Shown: positions 39,666 to 49,647 of the stretch, piece by piece
How positions within the stretch are numbered: the stretch's first letter is position 1
Layout: each line of letters starts with the position of its first letter
Assembly: GCA_038065315.1 (NCBI GenBank)
Contig: JBBTRF010000001.1
Coordinates: 528,458 to 592,457, forward strand
Length of the DNA: 64,000 nucleotides
Direction: 5' to 3'
From: Patescibacteria group bacterium
GTDB lineage: Bacteria > Patescibacteriota > Minisyncoccia > Phycocordibacterales > JBBTRF01
Program-made: the position numbers and the translations under genes
The notes under the pieces: model-generated
Seen by the model: only the letters and a program-made list of their open reading frames with translations
What the model was told of the DNA's origin: nothing
Databases searched by the model: none

Positions 39666-40190
39666 CTATTGCCGATATGAAGCCAGGCAGGTAATGGCGC
39701 AGGCGATCGCGTCGTATTCGTCGTCGTGTTCGATGTCTTTTGTGATCTTGATGAGCTTAGGGATCATGCTGATGACCTGTCGTTTGTCGCTCTTGCCGTA
39801 GCCGGTGGTGGCATTTTTGATCTGCCCAGGGCCATACTCAGCGATCGGGAGGCCGTGGCGAGCGGCTTCGTATACGATGACGCCGCGAGCCTCAGCCACA
39901 TTCATCGCCGTCTTTTGGTTGTTAGTGAAAAAGAGCGTCTCGATCGCCATGATGGTCGGATCGAATTCTTCGATCACTCGTGCGAGTTCTTCTCCAAGTG
40001 CGCGGAGACGGACAGGGAAGGCGGCCTTGGCCGAGGTTTGGAAGCATTCTGAGAAAAGGAGAATGTCTTTGCCGCGCATCGTACCTTCTGTCACTCGCTC
40101 AGCTACGGCAATGCCAAGTCGCTCGTATCCCGGGTCGATGGCGAGAACGCGAAGAGGTTTTGTTATCGCAGTTTTTTTGGTGGCGGACAT
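39666..40190 (-). CDS. ruvC: Holliday junction resolvase RuvC
   Basis: LAIDPG, AIETLFF, EARGV, GYGKSDK and DDEYDAIA motifs. Confidence 0.95.
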   Translation of the reverse strand: MSATKKTAITKPLRVLAIDPGYERLGIAVAERVTEGTMRGKDILLFSECFQTSAKAAFPVRLRALGEELARVIEEFDPTIMAIETLFFTNNQKTAMNVAEARGVIVYEAARHGLPIAEYGPGQIKNATTGYGKSDKRQVISMIPKLIKITKDIEHDDEYDAIACAITCLASYRQ

Positions 40191-40197
40191 GCTCGTG

Positions 40198-40743
40198 TTA
40201 TTCAGCATTGGTGAATACTTCTTGCACCTCATCATTTTCCTCGAGGGCTTCGGTGAGTGTCATGAGCTGAGCACCATCTTCTTCGGAGAGGGGAATGGTG
40301 GTGGTTGGGTTCCAGACCTCACAGCCGTCCTCAGTACGAGTTTTTTCAAAAGCCCAACTTGCCGAGCCGATGCCGGCAAGCTCAAAGCCGTGGTCGGAAA
40401 GAATATGCTTCACTTCCTGCGCTGCTTTGTTGCGGTTGTCTGTGAGAGTTTCAATGATCATCGCACAGCCGCCGGGTCCGTATGCCTCGTAGATAATATG
40501 TTCCATTGCACCGCCACCAGCTTCAGTGGCTTTTTTGATGGCGCGTTCGATATTGTCGTTTGGCATGTTGGCGGCTCGGGCACGTTCGATCACCGCTTTT
40601 ACATTCGGGGCGTCTTTCCGCCCGCCCGCCTTCTTTGCCTCCACTGTCAGCAGGCGGGCGTACTTCGTGAACGCACGGCTCTTCTGAGCATCGGTCTTAC
40701 CCTTCTTTTCCTTAATCTGCTTCCATTTGTTGTGGCCGGACAT
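40198..40743 (-). CDS. yebC: YebC/PmpR family protein (short form)
   Basis: MSGHNKW, NMPNDNIERAI, YEAYGPGG, LTDNRN; 181 aa. Confidence 0.93.
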   Translation of the reverse strand: MSGHNKWKQIKEKKGKTDAQKSRAFTKYARLLTVEAKKAGGRKDAPNVKAVIERARAANMPNDNIERAIKKATEAGGGAMEHIIYEAYGPGGCAMIIETLTDNRNKAAQEVKHILSDHGFELAGIGSASWAFEKTRTEDGCEVWNPTTTIPLSEEDGAQLMTLTEALEENDEVQEVFTNAE

Positions 40744-41008
40744 GTGCCCATTCTACTCACATTAGATATTTTATGCCAGTTTACTCGACGCATTATTTTG
40801 CTGCGAATGTAATAAAAGATTTTTTATTTTACGCGTCACAAGAAAAAGTTGTCCACACACTGGCACTTTTTTTCATTGTGCTTTCGTAGATTGAGCGCAT
40901 AATGAATACAGTCAATGTAAATATATTTTTGCGCGCAAGCGTCTAAGTCGAAAAAATAATTTATATACTTTTATTACGAAGCAATATATTTCTGATATTT
41001 ATACTCAC

Positions 41009-41101
41009 ATGGCAAAGAAGACAAAGAAGCGTTCAGTAAAGAAGGCGGTCAAGCGAACCGCAAAGCGAAAGACTGCGAAGAAGACTTCAAAGCGACGCTA
41101 A
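41009..41101 (+). CDS. 30-aa Lys/Arg-rich histone H1-like microprotein
   Basis: Manual translation MAKKTKKRSVKKAVKRTAKRKTAKKTSKRR*; followed by a terminator. Confidence 0.7.
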   Translation: MAKKTKKRSVKKAVKRTAKRKTAKKTSKRR

Positions 41102-41126
41102 CCTCGAGAGGGAATTGCCCTCGAGA

Positions 41127-41160
41127 AACAAAAACCGCCACAGAGTGTGCGGTTTTTGTT
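41127..41160 (+). terminator. Intrinsic terminator
   Basis: AACAAAAACCGC...GCGGTTTTTGTT. Confidence 0.75.
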
Positions 41161-41227
41161 TGTATTGACAATGAGAGCTAGTCGAATTATACTTAAACTG
41201 TATTACAAAATATACACATTATATTAC

Positions 41228-41443
41228 ATGCGAACCGTACTAAATATATCATTGCCAACTGACTTGGCGAAAGAAGTTCGTCGAGAGGTAAAATCTGGCA
41301 GCTTCGCTTCTACTAGCGAGTTTATTCGCCACCTTATTCGCCTTTGGAACACGGAGAAGCTTGCGCTCCAGCTCAGGCATGACAAGGTTGATTTTGAAAA
41401 GGGGAAAGGTAAAGTGCTTCGCTCCCTAGCTTCTTTGCGATAA
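41228..41443 (+). CDS. Ribbon-helix-helix antitoxin (ParD/CopG-like)
   Basis: LNISLP...GSFASTSEFIRHLIR; upstream of toxin. Confidence 0.82.
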   Translation: MRTVLNISLPTDLAKEVRREVKSGSFASTSEFIRHLIRLWNTEKLALQLRHDKVDFEKGKGKVLRSLASLR

Positions 41444-41457
41444 TCTCCTGCGTTGCC

Positions 41458-41721
41458 ATGCAGCTCCACATCCTTTATTCTGCACGGTTCGCAAGACACT
41501 ATAAAAAGATGTCGATGCATATAAAAAATCTCGCCGAGAAGAAAGAGACTGTATTCAGACAAGATCCATTCGATAGAGGTCTAAAAACCCACAAATTACA
41601 TGGAGTGCTCGAAGGGTTCTACGCGTTCTCGCTTACTGCAGAGCACCGTATCATTTTTGATTTTGCTGACAAAAACACTGTTCGTTTTTACGATATTGGC
41701 GATCATGATATCTATTACTGA
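41458..41721 (+). CDS. RelE/YafQ family toxin
   Basis: F-x-RHYKK...DPFDRGLKTHKLHG...RIIF...DIGDHDIY. Confidence 0.85.
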   Translation: MQLHILYSARFARHYKKMSMHIKNLAEKKETVFRQDPFDRGLKTHKLHGVLEGFYAFSLTAEHRIIFDFADKNTVRFYDIGDHDIYY

Positions 41722-41731
41722 TTACTAGACG

Positions 41732-42790
41732 TTACAGAAACTTTCCCGAAGCTTTCAATCCAAGGTGTTCGTGCGCCTTGCCGGTGGCGATGCGGCCGCG
41801 CGGGGTGCGTTCGAGGAAACCGAGCTGGAGTAAGTATGGTTCGTGTACCTCTTCGATGGTCGCTTCTTCCTCGGAGAGCGCGGCCGCCAGAGTGTTTAGG
41901 CCTACAGGGCCGCCACTGAATTTTTCGATAAGAGTTGTAAGTACGGCACGGTCTGAAGGCAACAGGCCAATGTGGTCGACGCCAAGGAGGTCGAGCGCTT
42001 TCTTCACAACGTCGGCATCGAGCTTGCCTTTTTTCACTTGGGCAAAGTCGCGGCAGCGCTTGAGCAGATAGTTGGCAGTACGCGGCGTGAAGCGGCTGCG
42101 CTTGGCGATCTCGGCAATCGCGGCAGTTTCAATCTCCACCCCGAGAATCTTCGCTGAACGCTTCACGATCTCTTCGATCTCGGGTTGGGAATAAAATTCG
42201 AGACGGAAGGTGCCGCCACTGAAGCGTGAACGAAGCGGCGAGGACAGCATGGCAATGCGCGTGGTAGCGGCGATCAAAGTAAACGCGGGCAGCTCAAGCT
42301 GAATAGTGCGCGCCGAAGGTCCTTTGCCAATGATGATGTCTAGCGAGCCCGACTCCATGGCAGGGTAAAGGATCTCTTCAATGGAGCGGTTCAGACGATG
42401 TATCTCATCGACAAACAAAATGTCACCAGCCGAAAGATTGGTTAAAATCGAGGCCAAGTCGCCGACTTTCTCGATCGCCGGGCCGGAGGTCACCTTCATC
42501 TGTGCGTTCATTTCTTTGGAAATGAGATGGGCGAGAGTGGTTTTGCCGAGACCTGGTGGGCCGTAGAAGAGAATGTGTTCAGGTGGATGGTTGCGTTCGC
42601 GTGCGGCAGTGAGCAGGATACTGAGGTTCTCCTTGATATTTTTCTGGCCAATATAATCATCCCACTGCGACGGGCGCAGTGTTTGATCGAGGAAATTCTC
42701 GTCGGCAGGTGCACCACCAACATCGGTTCCTACTGAAGGCACCTTTCCGGCACCTTTTTGCAGGTCTTTTTTTGAATCGCTCTGCGACAT
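41732..42790 (-). CDS. ruvB: Holliday junction helicase RuvB
   Basis: [20 protein letters not shown] and ERTPRGR motifs. Confidence 0.97.
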   Translation of the reverse strand: MSQSDSKKDLQKGAGKVPSVGTDVGGAPADENFLDQTLRPSQWDDYIGQKNIKENLSILLTAARERNHPPEHILFYGPPGLGKTTLAHLISKEMNAQMKVTSGPAIEKVGDLASILTNLSAGDILFVDEIHRLNRSIEEILYPAMESGSLDIIIGKGPSARTIQLELPAFTLIAATTRIAMLSSPLRSRFSGGTFRLEFYSQPEIEEIVKRSAKILGVEIETAAIAEIAKRSRFTPRTANYLLKRCRDFAQVKKGKLDADVVKKALDLLGVDHIGLLPSDRAVLTTLIEKFSGGPVGLNTLAAALSEEEATIEEVHEPYLLQLGFLERTPRGRIATGKAHEHLGLKASGKFL

Positions 42791-42903
42791 GCGCCCATTA
42801 TACTCCTTTTCGTGAGGCGACAGCCCTTTACTTTTAGCCGAACTTTGGTACTGTTACAGGCCGCGTTGGTCAGGAGGGTCTCGCGAAGAGGGCAGGAGGT
42901 GAC

Positions 42904-42932
42904 TTGACATTTAGCTTAAATAATGCTAAGAT
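42904..42932 (+). promoter_or_regulatory. Strong sigma70 promoter with no downstream CDS
   Basis: TTGACA-17-TAAGAT with extended -10 TG. Confidence 0.75.
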
Positions 42933-42936
42933 AGTC

Positions 42937-43247
42937 AATGAATCGGTCAGAAGTCGAGCGTATCGACAAATCAATTTGAAAGAGAAAGGAACGAAAAACG
43001 GCCATAATAGGCCATTTTTTCACGCATTTCCAGCATAGTAATCTCTAAGCAATACACCTGCAAGGGTTTAGTAGTTTCTCAACAAGGACGTCCTGGCTTC
43101 GGCTGTGAGTATCCTTAGTCGCTTAACTTGGCTTTTAGTCTAGTATTAAAAGCATTGCTTAGAGATTACTGCGCTCGAACCTCTTTTTAAGACGCCCTTC
43201 GGGGCATTTTGTCTTTTTCTGCCACCATCTTATCGTACCGATACATT
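42937..43247 (+). ncRNA. Candidate ~310-nt structured ncRNA (RNA-1)
   Basis: Closing helix 42937-42947/43237-43247; perfect 17-bp helix 43037-43053/43154-43170; GCAA and cUUCGg tetraloops; promoter and terminator; only 13-20 codon ORFs. Confidence 0.65.
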
Positions 43248-43248
43248 C

Positions 43249-43290
43249 CTGCAACTTCCGTTTCAGAAAAAACGTGTTGCGGTTTTTGTT
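43249..43290 (+). terminator. Intrinsic terminator
   Basis: CTGCAAC...GTTGCGG followed by TTTTTGTT. Confidence 0.6.
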
Positions 43291-43303
43291 CTGACGAATT
43301 TTT

Positions 43304-45001
43304 CTAGAATTCGTCGAAGAGGTCAATCACACGACTCAGTTCATCGAGGGAAGTGACACCACGGAGCATTTTCAACACGCCATCTTGACGCATGTCGAGG
43401 ATACCTTGAGCGAGCGCGGCCTTTTTGATCTCGCGCTCGCTCGGATTGCCGATCACCGCTTGTTCTATTGCTTCGCTGCGCAGGATAGCTTCATAGATAC
43501 CGATTCGGCCCTTGTATCCGGTCAGATTGCATTTATCACAGCCGACAGGGAGCCATTGTTTCGTGGCGTCGACAGATTCTTTTGTCAGGGCATCTCGATA
43601 TGACGGATCGGCAATCGCGGCGAGGGTCTTGGCTACGAGCGCAGCATTTTCCGGATCTAGTGGCGCTTGTTTTTTGCACGATGGACACAATACGCGTACA
43701 AGTCGCTGTGCCAGAGCGATATTCACGGCCGAGGTAAGCGTCTTTGGATTTACACCGAGGTCGATGAGGCGGGGGAAGGTGCCAGCAGCGCTATTGGTGT
43801 GCAGTGTGGAGAATACAAGGTGGCCAGTCTGTGCGGAGTTGATCGCAATTTGCGCGGTTTCATTGTCGCGAATTTCACCCACCATGATCACATCAGGGTC
43901 CTGTCGCAAAGCAGCGCGCAATCCGTTCAAAAAATCATACCCTTTTTCCGACTCGACCTGCGTCTGCACGATGCCAGGCAGATGATATTCGATCGGGTCT
44001 TCGATGGTGATAATCTTGATCTCCGGCTTGCTCACTTTCCTCAAAAAGGCATATAGCGTCGTGGTTTTTCCAGATCCGGTCGGGCCAGTGGTGAGGATCA
44101 TGCCCTCTGGTCGGTCGATCTCTTTCTGCAACACCGCGAAGAGCTTCGGGTCGATGCCCATGTCTTCGAGCGGCACCGCAATATTTTTTGGATTCAAAAT
44201 ACGCATTACGATAGACTCGCTGTACGAGCCGGGCAGGATTGATACGCGGATTTCGATCTCACTTTCGTTGAGCTTCACGCTGAGACGACCGTCTTGCGCG
44301 TCGGTTTTGATATTGAGCTTCATGCCCGACAACAGCTTTACGCGAGAGAGGAGGAGGTGGTATGTCTCATGATCGAGAGAGAGTACATTGTGGAGTACGC
44401 CATCGAGACGCAAGCGCAGACGCACAGCATTTTCTTCCGGCTCGAGGTGGACGTCGGAAGCGCCGGTGGCCAATGCACCAGCAAGGATGATTTCGAAGAT
44501 TTTCGAGATACGGAAACCTTTATTTTGAGATAAAATGTCCGCGACCATCTTCTTCACGTCCTCGACCGTCTGCACTTTGGCGAGCATTTCCGCGATCTCC
44601 TCACTCGACACCTCGAGCGAACCAGCCTTGGTCTCCGAAGCGAAGGAAAGATCCTTGTACATCTCCCAAGCACGAGTGAGACTGTTGATCGATGCCATCG
44701 CCTGCGACACTTTGTATCCTTTCTGCTCAAGCTCGCCAATCAAAGCGATGGTCGCATCATTTTTTGGCGAGAGTACGGCGATCTCGAGGCGCTTGTCGAC
44801 GCGGTTGTATGCCACACATTTCGCCGCACGCGCTTTTGATTCTTCGATTACACGCAGCGCATCGCTATTGATGGGGATCTGCGAGAAATTCACATAGAGC
44901 AAGCCATAGCGTGCGGCGAGCATCTGGGCCAGCTCCTCTTCCTCGGTGGAGTAGAGGTCCTTGATCTTCTTATTTTGCTTGTCTTCGTCAAACTGGATCA
45001 T
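43304..45001 (-). CDS. pilB: GspE/PulE/PilB type IV pilus assembly ATPase
   Basis: ASDVHLEP, TGPTGSGKTTTLY, TIEDPIEY, LRQDPDVIMVGEIRD, TGHLVFSTLHTN, two CxxC. Confidence 0.92.
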   Translation of the reverse strand: MIQFDEDKQNKKIKDLYSTEEEELAQMLAARYGLLYVNFSQIPINSDALRVIEESKARAAKCVAYNRVDKRLEIAVLSPKNDATIALIGELEQKGYKVSQAMASINSLTRAWEMYKDLSFASETKAGSLEVSSEEIAEMLAKVQTVEDVKKMVADILSQNKGFRISKIFEIILAGALATGASDVHLEPEENAVRLRLRLDGVLHNVLSLDHETYHLLLSRVKLLSGMKLNIKTDAQDGRLSVKLNESEIEIRVSILPGSYSESIVMRILNPKNIAVPLEDMGIDPKLFAVLQKEIDRPEGMILTTGPTGSGKTTTLYAFLRKVSKPEIKIITIEDPIEYHLPGIVQTQVESEKGYDFLNGLRAALRQDPDVIMVGEIRDNETAQIAINSAQTGHLVFSTLHTNSAAGTFPRLIDLGVNPKTLTSAVNIALAQRLVRVLCPSCKKQAPLDPENAALVAKTLAAIADPSYRDALTKESVDATKQWLPVGCDKCNLTGYKGRIGIYEAILRSEAIEQAVIGNPSEREIKKAALAQGILDMRQDGVLKMLRGVTSLDELSRVIDLFDEF

Positions 45002-45160
45002 CCCACCAGTATACCTGTGTCCGAGCCTGAAATCGAGGGAAAATAGGGGATTTCCAGCCGGATTATTGACTTTTTGATACTAAGTGTGGTATAATACACT
45101 CAGGTCAGAACACTGACATTGTCGCGAATCCGTATGGATCCGACGCAACCTAGTCACTTT

Positions 45161-45709
45161 ATGAAAACCAACACTCGGTCGGTTCGGTCGTTCCTGCCGC
45201 TTTTGGTCGCAGGACTCTCTCTGCTCCTCGGGGTCGGCTGTGCTGGCCTTCGCCAGGAGCGGTTCTACAGCCTCACACAGGCGGCCGATGGGAAGTTCTA
45301 CGATCCTACCGGCGAACAGCGTTTCCCGTCGGCAGCGACGGTGAGGGTGGAAAACACTCTGGAAAAGGGGACAATCGAGGTTTTCGTTCGCGAAGACAAA
45401 AACGTCGTCCTTATTCCACCGAAAAGTTTCAGGACTGTCCATGTGCAGCTCGACTACTACCAGCAGGGGTATGTCGCCGTGCTCTTTGCCCGGATTCTTG
45501 ACGACAACACGCCAGGAAGGACTCTCGCTAAGCGGGCGTTCATATTTCAAAACGCCCGCCACAACGACCGAGTCTACGGGCAGGACTTTGGACCGGTGAT
45601 CCCAGAGACGAAAGTCTGGATCGTCAAGCGGGAAGAATTCATTCTCCCGCCACCTCAGCCACCTGCCCAAGTTCGCAGTAGCGGATTCGGTCTCGGATGG
45701 TTTCGTTGA
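45161..45709 (+). CDS. Putative lipoprotein
   Basis: Basic N-terminus, hydrophobic stretch and lipobox-like LGVGC. Confidence 0.6.
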   Translation: MKTNTRSVRSFLPLLVAGLSLLLGVGCAGLRQERFYSLTQAADGKFYDPTGEQRFPSAATVRVENTLEKGTIEVFVREDKNVVLIPPKSFRTVHVQLDYYQQGYVAVLFARILDDNTPGRTLAKRAFIFQNARHNDRVYGQDFGPVIPETKVWIVKREEFILPPPQPPAQVRSSGFGLGWFR

Positions 45710-45735
45710 TGTCGGCTACGGTCGTACATCATCTC

Positions 45736-45782
45736 AGCCGGACACTCGCAACGCAACATGTTTGCGCGAGTGTCCGGCTTTT
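45736..45782 (+). terminator. Intrinsic terminator
   Basis: AGCCGGACACTCGC...GCGAGTGTCCGGCT followed by TTT. Confidence 0.75.
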
Positions 45783-45797
45783 ACTATACTTGGCGAA

Positions 45798-46265
45798 ATG
45801 AACCCTTCCCCCAATACTCCCGCCGCTCTCTTTGTGAGCAAAGCACTCAGCGATACAGCAGAGTTCGCTAAGCAGATCGTTTTGAGCCTCCAACCCCATT
45901 CGACGACTGCGACCATCCTCGCTCTCTCCGGCGACCTCGGCTCCGGGAAGACGGCTTTTGTAAAAGCTCTCGCCTCGGCGCTCGGGATCAAAGAAACCAT
46001 TACCAGCCCAACGTTTGTCATTGAGCAGATTTACACACTGCCGAAAGGTGCAATTTTCGACCGCCTCATCCACATCGACGCCTACCGCCTCGAAAAGTCG
46101 AGTGAGCTTGAGCGGCTTGGTTGGGCAGAGATTGCGACGAATCCACGAAATCTCATTTGCCTCGAGTGGCCGGAAAATGTTGTTGGCCTGTCTCATTTTG
46201 ACAACGCCCGCGAGCTAAAATTCCACTTCATTGACGAAAACACCAGGGAGATTTCCTTTTCATAA
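45798..46265 (+). CDS. tsaE: t6A biosynthesis ATPase TsaE
   Basis: GDLGSGKT, TSPTF, HIDAYRL and LEW motifs. Confidence 0.95.
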   Translation: MNPSPNTPAALFVSKALSDTAEFAKQIVLSLQPHSTTATILALSGDLGSGKTAFVKALASALGIKETITSPTFVIEQIYTLPKGAIFDRLIHIDAYRLEKSSELERLGWAEIATNPRNLICLEWPENVVGLSHFDNARELKFHFIDENTREISFS

Positions 46266-46294
46266 CGCCGCGCCCGAAGTGATACAATAGCCTC

Positions 46295-48748
46295 ATGAAA
46301 AAGGGCTCCGACGAACCGAGCAAAAAGCGAGTATCCACCGTGCCAAAGCGCCTCGTGCTACTCGATGTACATGCGATCTTGCATCGGGCATACCACGCGT
46401 TGCCAGAATTTGCCTCAAGCAAAGGTGAGCCGACCGGCGCGTTGTATGGCCTCTGCACCATGATCATCAAAATAGTGGGCGAGCTGCACCCCGACTACAT
46501 CGCCGCTTGCTACGACCTTCCGGGCCCGACGTATCGCCACGAGGCATACAAAGACTACAAAGCTGGACGCTCAAAGACCGACGAAGCCCTCGTCGCGCAG
46601 ATCATTCGTTCGAAAGATATTTTCACAGCGTTCAATATTCCAGTGTACGAAATGGCGGGCTTTGAGGCCGACGACATGCTCGGTACCATTGTGGAGCAGG
46701 TGCTCACGCGCAAAGACCTCGCCAACTTTGATGTGGTGATCGCTTCCGGCGACATGGACACGCTCCAGCTTGTGAAGGGCGACCGCGTGCAGGTGTACAC
46801 GTTGAAAAAGGGGATTAAAGACACTGTGATATACGACGAAGCTGGCGTGAAAGAGCGCTTCAGCTTTGGTCCTGAACTGTTGCCCGACTACAAAGGTCTG
46901 CGCGGCGATCCGTCCGACAATATCATTGGTATCAAAGGTATTGGCGAAAAAACCGCCACGATTTTGATCCAAAAATTCGGCTCGATCGAGAGCATGTACA
47001 AGGCGCTAAAGAAAGACCCCGATGCTTTCGAGGGTGTGGTGACCCCGCGCATGGCCGAATTGCTCAAGCAAGGCGAAGAGGAGGCGAATTTTTCGAAGAT
47101 GCTCGCCTCGATTCGCCGCGACGCACCGGTGACCTATACGATCCCGGAAAAGGGGTGGAAAGAGGGGATCGAAACTCAGGCCATCCTCGACCTGTTCAGT
47201 GCTTTGGAATTCCGTGCTCTTGGTTCGCGTGTGAAGGAGGCGTTTTCGTTGCAGGGAAGCTTGCTCGATCTCGCTCCGACGGTTGGCCCAAATGGCGAAG
47301 AAAAAAATGAAGGCTCTGCGGCAGAATCGGCCCAAAATATCGACCCAGCCCAACTCAAAGAAACCTCCATCGCGCTGTATCTCGTGAATTCCAACCTCAG
47401 CAACCCCGGCCTCGAGGAGATCTTGCAATTTGCGAAGACCCGCGATTTTGCGAAGGCACGGACGATCATTCTCGACGAATTGAGAAAGCGTGGCGGCGAA
47501 AAGGTGTTGCGCGATATCGAAATGCCGATCGTGCCCGTCGTCGAAAAAATGGAACAGCTCGGCGTGAAGGTCGACAAAACGTATCTGAAAGAGCTGTCGG
47601 TGCGATATCACAAGGAGCTCAACAAGCTCGAAAAATCTATTTGGGAAATGTCGGGCGGCGAGGAGTTCAATATCAATTCACCGAAGCAGCTTGGCGAGAT
47701 CCTGTTTGTGAAGATGGGCCTGGTCGGCAAGAATATGAAGAAGACTGAAGGCGGCGTGCCGTCTACTCGCGAGTCGGAGCTCGAAAAGTTGCGCGAATTG
47801 CACCCGATCATCAGCAAGATCCTCGAGTATCGCGAATTTCAGAAGCTTCTCTCCACCTACATCGACAACATTCCCGGTATGCTCGACGACAACAGCCGCT
47901 TGCACGCCACTTTTTTGCAGGCAGGTGCGGCGACAGGACGCATGTCTTCGAATAGTCCGAACCTGCAGAATATTCCGATCAAGACCGAGCTCGGTCGCAA
48001 TATTCGCAAGGCTTTTGTCGCTGAAAAAGGTTTTGCGTTGCTTGACCTGGACTATTCTCAGATCGAATTGCGCATCGCCGCGTTTTTGTCGGGCGACGAA
48101 AAGCTGAAAGGCATTTTCAAGCGGGGAGAGGACGTCCATACCGCCGTGGCCGCGCAGGTGTTCAAGGTGCCGCTCGAAAAGGTCGACAAAGAAATGCGCC
48201 GTCGTGCCAAAGTGATCAACTTCGGTATTTTGTATGGCATGGGCATCAACGCGCTGCGCACCAACCTCGGCACCGACCGCAAAGAAGCACAGGCATTTCA
48301 CGATGCGTATTTTGAGACGTTTAGCGAGCTCGCGAAGTATATTGATGCGACGAAAGCGGCGGCGGCACGACAAGGGTACGTAGAGACGTTCTTTGGCCGC
48401 CGCCGCAACTTCGAAGGCATCAAATCGCCTATCCCATACATCCGCGCCGCCGCCGAGCGCATGGCGGTGAACGCGCCGATGCAAGGCACCCAGGCCGACC
48501 TGATCAAGCTCGCCATGGGGAAGATCGACGCCTATTTGAACGAAAAAGGCCTCGCCGACGACGTCCGCCTCATCCTTCAGGTGCATGACGAGCTCGTGTA
48601 TGAAGTGCGCGAATCGATTGCGAAGAAGGTCGGCGCAGAGATCCGTACTCTCATGGAGGGCGTCATCACCCAGAAAGAAACCGACGGTGTGCCGATCTGC
48701 GCCAACGCCTCCATCGGTCCAAATTGGGGCGAAGTTGAGCTTTTGTAA
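46295..48748 (+). CDS. polA: DNA polymerase I (5'-3' exonuclease + polymerase; 3'-5' exonuclease domain largely absent)
   Basis: FEADD, GDPSDNI, TGRMSSNSPNLQNIP, DYSQIELR, INFGILYG and LQVHDEL motifs. Confidence 0.96.
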   Translation: MKKGSDEPSKKRVSTVPKRLVLLDVHAILHRAYHALPEFASSKGEPTGALYGLCTMIIKIVGELHPDYIAACYDLPGPTYRHEAYKDYKAGRSKTDEALVAQIIRSKDIFTAFNIPVYEMAGFEADDMLGTIVEQVLTRKDLANFDVVIASGDMDTLQLVKGDRVQVYTLKKGIKDTVIYDEAGVKERFSFGPELLPDYKGLRGDPSDNIIGIKGIGEKTATILIQKFGSIESMYKALKKDPDAFEGVVTPRMAELLKQGEEEANFSKMLASIRRDAPVTYTIPEKGWKEGIETQAILDLFSALEFRALGSRVKEAFSLQGSLLDLAPTVGPNGEEKNEGSAAESAQNIDPAQLKETSIALYLVNSNLSNPGLEEILQFAKTRDFAKARTIILDELRKRGGEKVLRDIEMPIVPVVEKMEQLGVKVDKTYLKELSVRYHKELNKLEKSIWEMSGGEEFNINSPKQLGEILFVKMGLVGKNMKKTEGGVPSTRESELEKLRELHPIISKILEYREFQKLLSTYIDNIPGMLDDNSRLHATFLQAGAATGRMSSNSPNLQNIPIKTELGRNIRKAFVAEKGFALLDLDYSQIELRIAAFLSGDEKLKGIFKRGEDVHTAVAAQVFKVPLEKVDKEMRRRAKVINFGILYGMGINALRTNLGTDRKEAQAFHDAYFETFSELAKYIDATKAAAARQGYVETFFGRRRNFEGIKSPIPYIRAAAERMAVNAPMQGTQADLIKLAMGKIDAYLNEKGLADDVRLILQVHDELVYEVRESIAKKVGAEIRTLMEGVITQKETDGVPICANASIGPNWGEVELL

Positions 48749-48780
48749 GCGAGCGACACCCAGCCTGCGATTTATTTATC

Positions 48781-49575
48781 ATGATCTACCTTCTTCACGG
48801 CGAAGACACCGAAAAGGCTCGCACCAAAGCGCACGAGTTGGTGGATTCGCTGCGCGCGAAAAAACCGGACGCCTCTTTTTTCAAAATAGAAGCAGCGCAA
48901 TTTTCCGCAGAAAAGCTTGATGAGCTGATCAATTCGCAAGGGCTTTTTGAAAGCAAATACATCGTTCTACTTGATCGCGTCTTCGAAAACAAAGAAGCGA
49001 AGGAGCAGCTAATCGGCTCGCGCAAAGAGCTCGCAGAATCGCCACACATTTTCATTCTGCTGGAGGGCAAGGTCGACAAGGCTGCACTCACCAAACTCGA
49101 GAAGGTTGCTGCGAAGGCGCAGGTGTTTGAGGTAGGTGGCGCCGGTGGTTCGAGCGGTGGTTTTGGCGGTGGGGCTGGAGGCAAGGGCCGCCAATTCGCC
49201 GTGGGGGAGACCGGCGGACAGTTTTCAATCAGCGAATTCAACATTTTCTCGCTCGGTGACGCATTCGGCCGCCGCGACAAAAAAGAACTGTGGTTTTTGT
49301 TTAGCAAGGCAGCACTGCGCAACATTCCAGCCGAAGAGATCCACGGCATTTTGTTCTGGGCTTGGAAATCCATGGCCCTGGCCGCCGCCTCGAAAGATGC
49401 CGCCGAAGCCGGCATTAACCCCTACGTCTTCCAAAAAAGCTCGGGCTTTGCCAAGAATTTCAGCGCCAACGAGCTCGCCACCATGGGCGCACGCCTCGTC
49501 CGAATGTCTCACGACGCGCACCGCGGCAAGACCGATTTTGATATCGAGCTGGAGCGGTTTGTGTTGGGGGTGTAA
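48781..49575 (+). CDS. holA: DNA polymerase III delta subunit
   Basis: MIYLLHGED, SQGLF, NIFSLGDAF; Gly-rich linker in place of the middle domain. Confidence 0.75.
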   Translation: MIYLLHGEDTEKARTKAHELVDSLRAKKPDASFFKIEAAQFSAEKLDELINSQGLFESKYIVLLDRVFENKEAKEQLIGSRKELAESPHIFILLEGKVDKAALTKLEKVAAKAQVFEVGGAGGSSGGFGGGAGGKGRQFAVGETGGQFSISEFNIFSLGDAFGRRDKKELWFLFSKAALRNIPAEEIHGILFWAWKSMALAAASKDAAEAGINPYVFQKSSGFAKNFSANELATMGARLVRMSHDAHRGKTDFDIELERFVLGV

Positions 49576-49647
49576 AATGCGCACAAAAAGTTGCAAAAAC
49601 ATCCAGTCTCTCCTCAGAGAGACTGGATGTTGGCGAAGAAGCTGAGC

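Noticed and set aside
42938-43038. 13- and 20-codon ORFs at the 5' end of RNA-1
   Set aside because: Too short and featureless to support; not excluded, but extensive pairing favours RNA function
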